From: Octopus vulgaris
Taxonomy: Eukaryota
Assembly: GCA_951406725.2 (NCBI GenBank)
Contig: OX597815.1
Coordinates: forward strand, 12,524,001-12,588,000
Direction of reading: 5' to 3'
Length of the DNA: 64,000 nt
The notes below the pieces were generated by a model. The model was given only the letters and a program-made list of their open reading frames with translations. It had not been told where the DNA came from and did not search any database. Positions within the stretch are counted from its first letter, which is position 1. Each line of letters begins with the position of its first letter. Of the stretch, positions 55,608 through 64,000 are shown piece after piece. The position numbers were made by a program, and so were the translations under genes.

Positions 55608-58289
55608 AACAACAACCCTCACAACGATCTGACTTCGGTTTGGAGTTTGTTTTGTTGTTTCTGGTATTACTTAAAAGTTCACACCTATTGGTAATGCAAA
55701 AAAAGCCGACTCGTTAAAAGTGTTTGTATTATCGGCTAGTGAGTGCCTCCTGAAAATATTGTGAGTTGTTCTATGTGGTTTAGTGTGGATTAAGTTATCG
55801 ATACGAATACGTGGCTAGGCTAGTTATCTGATTCGGACGTTTTGTACGGTTTTCTCTATGATATCGAGTATAGAATATGCGAAAGAATATCTGGTACTTT
55901 TTCATTACTTACTAATTACGTAAGACGATGTAGAAATTATTAAATGATTTTTGCATCAAACCAGTAAAATTTAGCGTGTGATATACACAGAAAAACTTTG
56001 GTTGAGTTTTCATACTGAGTTGAAATACTTTTGCGAAGGATATAAACTGCAACTGGCAGCTGTGTATTTTAGCTTCTGCTTGACGTTGTCTGGTTTCGTT
56101 TTTATATTTTTCTCCATCTTTATTATACAGTGTTCTGTAAATAATACTGGTGCCGGATTTACTTCCATTCTATAGATATTTGTACTTATCTTTAAATGTT
56201 TCTGTGTAAATCTTTGATCAGAAGGGATCGTAGTGTTTTTCTAACGGATAATTATATCCGAGTTATTCACCTAGGGAACTTTGTCTATGCTGACTGACAT
56301 ATTTCATACAAAACTTACCACTTCATAGTTTTGTACTGCTTTTGATATACGCTTATGCAGATTCTCTGATAGCAAGAATAGGTGACGATCTCTTGCCAAA
56401 TAAATACATCCACCGACCAGATCTTTTGTTCTTTAGATGTAACCTGAAATTACTTGAACTCTGCTATTAAAATTGACATCAATACTTCTCTTCTTGTACT
56501 GACTGTATTGTATTAAATGTTACACTCAGGTATGGTTATATAACGTTCTTTTTATCAGGGTGGAGAGAGCTGGATATTCACCCCGCAGTCAACATCAGAC
56601 TTACTATTTTAACTATTATTGTAGAGATTGTGAAACATTTTAGACTTCTTCCCCGTCTATTATTAATAGCAACTTTTCAGTAAGAAGACAGTTGACCAAG
56701 GTGCGACGCATTGGGAAGGAACTCGGAACCATGTGGTTGGTAAGCAAGCCAGTTACAACACAGCCACTCCTGTGCCTATGTTCGTGATTAGATTAACACT
56801 TCTGTACATCTTTCTGTCACTCTTAGTATATAGTGCAATTAAAATACAAAACGACCGAAGTTTTAAAATATGACGCAAACATATCGTGTCGGAATCTTCA
56901 ATTGTCTCTCCAAAATATCGCAGGCAAGCTGCACTCAAAACTATATGAATTATATAGACACATGCTGTACATAAAATGCGTAAGAGCTTGCTCAAGCACT
57001 GTTTCATTTTTATATAATCCTCCAACTGCATATATATTTCTTAGCATGCTGATACTGCGATTTTCAAAATGATTGTCAGTATAGAGACTGAAAATTATCC
57101 AGTTGATATCTGGTCAACATTAGCCGACATTACTTTGATCAATCATTGGTGAAGGTGGTCCTGTGGACTTTATGATGGCACGTCAATGATAAATGACCCT
57201 AAATTTTTACAGTCGTGTGACATGTCAGGTGATAAAACATGTCTCGTATGGCCCCCTGCTTATAGCCCGTGTGTTATATTGTCTGCCCAATGAAGAACCA
57301 TAATTTATGCGACACATTTCGTGAAAAAATATGCTTCTCATGCCTGGTTTAGACGTATTTTTCACTTCCAGCAGGATTAGTTTAACAGGAGACTTCATTT
57401 TTTTAGCAAAAAAACCTGGTGTGATCAATGAGGAATAAATATCTCTGTCCAAAAAGAAGTTACAAACGGTTAAGTTTGATGGTGGAGAGTTTTTCATTTT
57501 TTTAACACTTTGTATTTGTTCGATTTTTTCTTTCATTTCGTTCGTCATATCAGCTTATCGCGTCACTAAGCTAAGTAAATCGTTGACAATGACCCAGGAA
57601 AACTTCACTAGAATTATTTTCTATACGAACGAATTGATTTGGACATAGCATATTAAATATAGTGAGCGAAAATTATTGAAGGTAATGAAAATTACACCTG
57701 TGATGAGTAGAAAATATATTAGCGTTAATGATAATAAAAATGTTCAACAATAACAAGTAAAACAATTGAATTAAAGTGCAAAATCGCATAGGGGCATCCA
57801 GTGTATTATTCATTTTATACTTGGTAAAAATCGTGATAAACCCACCCACGCTTGAATGAGGCCTCAACTCCAAATTAGCATATTATCTTTCTTGAGCTAA
57901 ATCATATACATGTTTTCATGAAACATATTGTTTCACTGGTTAAACAATTGAAAATACGATAGGGAACATTTCTAAGAGCTGCTTCAATATTTAACATGCT
58001 TGAAGTTAACTAACAATACAGAATCAATTAAAATTGCATTTATTAGAACTCCTTGGAAGATGCCCCAATGTCATTACTTTAACATTTATAGACCTTGGAT
58101 ACTTAAACATAAAGATTAAACATTATGATATTCTTTCAAACATATTTTTATTAAAATCAAATTCAAGATTTGCAAAGTTCTCACAGAACTTCAAATGTTT
58201 CTAATTTTGGAACTGAATTCATAAAAGAGAGGACACACTCCTGAAGCATAAATATCTCAGAACAAAATGTTTATGCAATTACTGACAAA

Positions 58290-58442
58290 TGGCTTTGTGG
58301 TAAGTAGCTTGCTTACGAACCACATGTTTCCGAGTTCAGTACCACAGCGTGGCACCTTGGGCATGTGTCTTCTACTATAGCCTCGGGCCGACCAAAGCCT
58401 TGTGAGTGGATTTGGTAGACGGAAACTGAAAGAAGCTCGTCG

Positions 58443-58487
<45 letters not shown>

Positions 58488-58488
58488 T

Positions 58489-58519
<31 letters not shown>

Positions 58520-58720
58520 CTGTGTCTGTGTCTGTCCGCCCAACATCACTTGATAACTGATGCTGGCGTTCATACGTCCCCATAACTTAGCGGTTCGGCA
58601 AAAGAGACCGATAAAATAAGTACTAGGCTTACAAAGAATAAGTCTTGGGTCGATTTGCTCGACTAAAGGTGGTGCTCCAGCATGGCCACAGTCAAATAAC
58701 TGGAACAAGTAAATGAGTAA
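58290..58720 (+). mobile_element. SINE family B, near full length
   Basis: Head, ccttgggcatgtgtc, central (TA)n(TG)n, tail ggtggtgctccagcatggccacagtcaaataactggaac. A head-only fragment also lies at about 56715-56778 (minus). Confidence 0.92.
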
Positions 58721-59923
58721 ATATAATTTATCCGATTTTTAACTAATTCGAAATTCGCAGTTGTCTCACTTGTCTTTCACTAGAATAATCAATAACTTTA
58801 TTGATCACAACTGTAACACAGCTACATAAAACGTAACGTCTTTGAAGCGAATTGATGTTGGACGTTAATGAAAAATAAAAGTATCTCATCAAAAGTTAAA
58901 TATTTATGCTAGGACAGCAATACAATTTATGCCGTATATTTTGTACATGTATTTTAGGATTTGTCATTCATTTTATTGAATTGAAATCCCTTATTGATTG
59001 ACATTTTAATTAGCTCCAACATAGGTACATTGATTACAAGTAGCAAGCGAAAGTGAAATCATTTGACCAATATTTCCTGACATGTTTAGTAAAGAAATCT
59101 TCAGATTCAGCGAAATATGGGTCAAATAATATAATCTTAAACACTTTTGACGTTACCGGTGGCATTTATTCATTTATTATTTCTCTAACTTTTTGGAAAT
59201 GAAAAACAAATTATAGGAAGAAACAAATTTTATTGGTATTTTAATACTTTTCTTTTTTAGAAATTTTTATTTCTTGAAATGTGTCTGTTAACTATTTTTT
59301 TTTTGATATTTTTGTAGCATTCTAAAATATTATCTTTTATATTTTCTTCTTTTCTTCTTTCAAAATACATGAATTTCAACTTCTTCGCTACTACCTTGCT
59401 TGTGACACATGTTTAATGGTAAATTTGCTAAATATAAGAAATGCACGATTATAAAATGTTTCGAAAATAAAGAAATAAGATTGCTTGAATATAATACAGA
59501 ATGATAGATGATCAATTTATTGCAGGTGCAAAAATGTCAAAATTCACATCGGTAAAAACGATTATAACGGATTTACGCTTTAAATATGTAAGTCGATAAA
59601 ATTAATCACTTGAGATCTGAAGAAATGGGAATATCTGAATTTGCTCTCCGTTTGAATTGAAAGATCGGTCGAAAAACCTTAATGTAGAGTTGACTAGCCC
59701 ATAGTGTTCTATACGCTAAATAGAGAGCGGTTAATGTAATAACAAGTAATTTCCAGATAATGATTACCTACATTTGGGTTATCTTTGTTCATTATGATAA
59801 CTTATCTATTCTTAATAGAGAAAGTGATCCTGAAATTCTGTTATCTGTAACATTTGGAGACATTGCGTTTCATTCTAAATTGCGTCGAATTTTGAATTTA
59901 CACTGTTGTGTGTTAACCATATC

Positions 59924-60155
59924 TATTTCTTTACTACCCACAAGGGGCTAAACACAGAGAGGACAAACAAGGACAGACAAACGGATTAAGTCGATTATAT
60001 CGACCCCAGTGCGTAACTGGTACTTATTTAATCGACCCCGAAAGGATCAAAGGCAAAGTCGACCTCGGCGGGATTTGACCTCAGAACGTAACGGTAGACG
60101 AAATAGGGCTACGCATTTCGCCCGGCGTGCTAACGATTCTGCCAGCTCGCCGTCT
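59924..60155 (-). mobile_element. SINE family A, full length, 15-bp TSD
   Basis: tgtgttaaccatatc (59909-59923) and tgtgttgaccatatc (60156-60170). Confidence 0.93.
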
Positions 60156-62125
60156 TGTGTTGACCATATCACCTAGTGAAATTACATATGTCGCATAAAA
60201 CTGAGCTTTGTTACTGTTCGTATTGCAGATGATGCAGCACTTTGGTATATGCTTCCCTTCTTAACTTTGGTAAAGTATCCTAGTCCTTTTCCTGAAGCGC
60301 AAAAATAAAACTAATCTTTCCTATCTACAAATTATTTGTGGAGTTCCTTTGACAATATTGTTTATACTAATCAGAAATCCATAGCAGACAATTCGGTATC
60401 TCTAAGTGTTAAACTTTTGGGGGAAAACACTGACGTTAGCTACAAATCACGTTCTGCCATCATGAAATATAAGGAAGGTTATTGCATAATGTTCCTTTGA
60501 ATAAAACCTTATGAAGAACGGAAAAGCAGACAGCCTGAGCAGTAACACCAAGAGTATCGCGAAAATATTGTTGTGTCTGAAATAAATTCCTCGGGAACAT
60601 TCATTTCTTTATTATTAAATTTCAAGTAATTTCCTTGTCTACAGACGAAAGATAATGTAGAAATGAGATACAATTTAATACATTTCAAGCTTGTATATGT
60701 GTTAATTACGTCAATGTTTGATCACCAAGACATCTTACTTGAATTACCTGAGTAGATCTTTATTATATATAGACATCCTAAATATAAACTTATTCAATGA
60801 AAATGCCGAAACATCTTAAATATGACGACTTTCATTTTCGCTTTTCAAAATAATTTTTGTTCGTTTTATTGGTTTTTGCTTTTCTATATTTCACAGGAGC
60901 CATGTTGCAAAAAATATCACTTTACACTTTGTAAACAAAATTGGAATTTTTTTAGGCGTAAGCGGAATATATGAGGATATGAAAATGAGAAACCTAAGTT
61001 GGTTAGCATGTAACGTTGTATAACAGCTAAGTTGCTTTTATGAATGATAAATATTTTGCAGGAAATGAAATCATTAGAGATATTAGGTAGCTATATCACT
61101 TCTTCTAGTTAATCACTTCTCTGTATTTAGTCAAATCTATATATTCTACATGTTGTACATGCAATAATTGACAGGTTCATTATTAAGGAAGACACTAAAT
61201 AAAGAGAGGAATAGGCACCTTGCCAGTTAAGTAGTAAAATATATAAATAATGTTAATTAAACAAGTGTTATAACGAGCAATTTGAGAGAAGAATTAGAAT
61301 ATAGTCAAGGTGTATATATTCATACGTATATCCATGAATAAAAAAGAGAGAGAGAAAGAGAAAGAGAGTGAGAGTGTGAGCAAGAAAGAAATGCGGCGAG
61401 AGACAGACAGACGAAAACAGACAGGTAGCTACATTAAAAAAAACAGGTAGATAGATAAATATTTACTTAAAAATTCAACAGCATAAATTAGATAATCTAT
61501 TTTGCGTAACGAAAAAATCTTCAAATCCGTTATGCAAAAAGATAATTTAATTGGGAAATAAGTGATGATACTCTTTAGGATGAAAACGACAGATATGAAA
61601 AGAGATTTCTTTTTCACATTCACCACTCTTTCATTTTTTCATCTCCTTCCCATCCAAAATCATTACTTTGGTTTTTCTCTCTCTCTCTCTCTTCACACAC
61701 ATACACGCACACACACACACACGCACACAAAAAACACACACACACACATATACATATATATATATGTATATATATATGTGTATATATAAAAAAAAATATA
61801 TATATGAGAGACATGGATTAATAAACAGACAGATAGATACAAAGATGGATAGTTATATACAACCTTCCGATGTTAAATAAAATGCGAAGTATTCAAAATA
61901 TATAATTTATTCACTTGAGTTTCACAGAATTGCTTCAATTTCCATATAGACGACTTCAATGGAAACACAATACCGGCCGAAAATGAATTTAAAATTTTCA
62001 TTCCTTTTCTAGTTGCTGGAGAAATAGGGAAATTTCACGTGCGTGTATGTGTACTAGGTAGGTTTACAGGCACAGAGACGCACAAATACACACATATATG
62101 TATATACATATATTACATATTTGTT

Positions 62126-62170
<45 letters not shown>

Positions 62171-62340
62171 GATATGCATACATATATATGTATATAATTT
62201 AGAGAATAACCACCATGTAGCAATTCAACAATGATATAATTTAATCATAACATATAGAAAAAAATTAAAGATGCGATAAAACATTTACCTAGAACTAAAT
62301 AAAATACGCAATAATAAATAAATAGTATATAATTAATAAA

Positions 62341-62425
62341 TGGACTACACGTGTTTCGTGGATATATTTTCAAACTGATAGTAGTATAATCAATTCAATT
62401 TAAATATAGTCACTAATCAGGTCCA
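62341..62425 (-). ncRNA. Type I hammerhead ribozyme with extended stem II, one core substitution
   Basis: TGGAC-CTGATTA-GTG[ACTATATTT..AAATTGA...TCAGTTT..AAATATATC]CAC-GAAA-CACGTG-TA-GTCCA: 5-bp stem I, palindromic stem III ACACGTGT, GUA site. Lies in an AT-rich element (about 62196-62706) bounded by (TA)n. Confidence 0.75.
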
Positions 62426-62702
62426 AGATGAAAACGATAAAATAATTATCTTATGGGAAAATATAAATATGTATAAACATACGTAATTTTTCTATAAAAA
62501 TCGAACAAAATTCAACAATATATTTTAAAATAAAAACACGAAATATCTGATCAAATATATTCTGTTAATTAAAACTTTAAACATAATACGTAGGACTTAT
62601 TGCTTATAATAAATTTATGTTATTAAAAACATGGTGTAAATAAAACTAGAATAAATAGATATGAATATTTATTTTATCTATGAATTAAAACAAAATACTT
62701 CA

Positions 62703-62749
<47 letters not shown>

Positions 62750-62750
<1 letters not shown>

Positions 62751-63035
62751 TAGCAGTATCGCCCGGCGTTGCTCAGGTTTGTAAGGAAATAACTATAAAG
62801 CATTTTTAGAGAGTTGTTTGGGTTTCAGGTTCTCGACCCCATGTCGAATTTATCGATCTTTTTCAGAACTGGGGGAACTTTTCAAAATTTTCGCTGCGTT
62901 AGTTTTGAATTATGACATTGGGCTATGTGTGTGTCAAGTTTCTTCAGAATCGGTTGAAAGCCGTGGTCAGAGTGAGGGTACGAGAAAACAGACACACAGA
63001 AAACGCACAGACAAACTGCCGTTTATATAGAGAGA
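62750..63035 (-). mobile_element. Non-autonomous Helitron inserted in (TA)n
   Basis: Minus strand reads A|TCTCTCTATATAAAC ... CCTGAGCAACGCCGGGCGATACTGCTAG|T; same 3' end as 15812-16324 but a different interior. Confidence 0.85.
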
Positions 63036-63052
63036 TATATATATATATATAA

Positions 63053-63665
63053 ACTGAGCTGCTGGACCTGATTGATTTCCAGCGATCCTTCTCAAATCTG
63101 GCAAACGAGCCCTTGCAAAACCGCTACAGCTTCTTTTACAGACCTTTCTTGCAAGTGGTAAGCTCCAAGTCAAATTGAAAGAAGGGATAAAATGCCCTAT
63201 CCATAAGGGAGGAAGCAGAGCAGATGCTAAAAAGTATAAGTCTGTCTCTCTGACCTCACACATCAGCAAAATCATGGAACGAATAGTCCGCAAGAAATTA
63301 ATTATTTTCCTTGAAGGAAATTACTTGCTGATTGACACCCAGCATGGATTTCGAACAATTAGAAGCTGTCTAACATAGCTCCTGCAACACTATGACTGGG
63401 TGTTAAAACAGCTACTAAATGGCTCAAGTGTGGATGTGATATATCTCGACTTTGTAAAAGTCGACCATGGTATGAGCTGTCACAAACAGCGTGATCACGG
63501 CATAGGTGGAAAGCTTGGAGAGTGGCTGCACAGCTTCCTAAAAGATAGAAGGCAGGCAGTAGTGGCCAATGGAGAGCCACCTCCAGGGAAACACAAATAA
63601 CAAGTTGTGTTCCACAGGGCACTGTCTTGGGGCCACTGCTGTTCATAGTGGCCCTTTCAGACATG
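63053..63665 (+). mobile_element. CR1-like LINE RT fragment
   Basis: AAGPD*FP, CPIHKGGSR..KKYKSVSLTSHISKIMERIV, QHGFR..RSCLT, VDVIYLDF, VPQGTVLGPLLF; same family as 8059-9330. Confidence 0.92.
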
Positions 63666-64000
63666 AAAGAATGACTGAAAAGGATATTTTAAAATATATA
63701 TTAATTTGACCGGTTTCACTCGTTTAGAAAAAGATTGTCAAAAGAAAACTGTAGAGCCTTGTATAAGCATTTGTGTGAAGTACTGGTTTCTTTCAATTTT
63801 ATCTCATTGATATTTTTTTACATTTCTCTCCCTTTCCAGTAATGGATAGTAACTAGTTTAAGACAATATCAAAACTATCTTATGACGAAATGAGAGAAAT
63901 TATAAAAAATTGGTAGACCATCACGTTAACTTGAGGACCTAAAACAACAGAAAGGGACCAAGTATTAGCTGAATATTTGAAACTGCTTGGAACAGCAAGA

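Noticed and set aside
63695-63730. Minus-strand GAAACCGGTC, the 3' half of a Penelope-type hammerhead
   Set aside because: No matching CTGANGA half or stem II partner found within the window.

Overview
AT-rich, repeat-dominated eukaryotic non-coding DNA with no intact protein-coding gene that I can support. Almost all ORFs in the track are translations of (TA)n/(CA)n/(TCTA)n microsatellites or of decayed retrotransposons. The SINE repertoire suggests an octopus (coleoid cephalopod) genome; this is an inference from recalled repeat sequences, not a search. Contents: one intact tRNA-Arg(CCT) gene (46106-46178, minus), three tRNA-derived SINE families (more than 15 copies, several with target-site duplications), CR1-like and RTE LINE remnants, two Penelope-like (GIY-YIG) remnants, two non-autonomous Helitrons and several fold-back elements. 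Main observations: (1) degenerate minimal hammerhead ribozymes in short elements abutting (TA)n arrays and downstream of a Penelope-like ORF; (2) a LINE 3' tail with a covarying stem-loop shared with a SINE family, one orphan copy of which sits right behind the tRNA-Arg terminator (proto-SINE geometry); (3) SINE multimers joined at the same hairpin junction in three loci; (4) a 254-bp spacerless palindrome; (5) a multi-branched, G-U-rich candidate structured RNA at about 34390-34570. All structures and alignments were read by eye and element boundaries are approximate.
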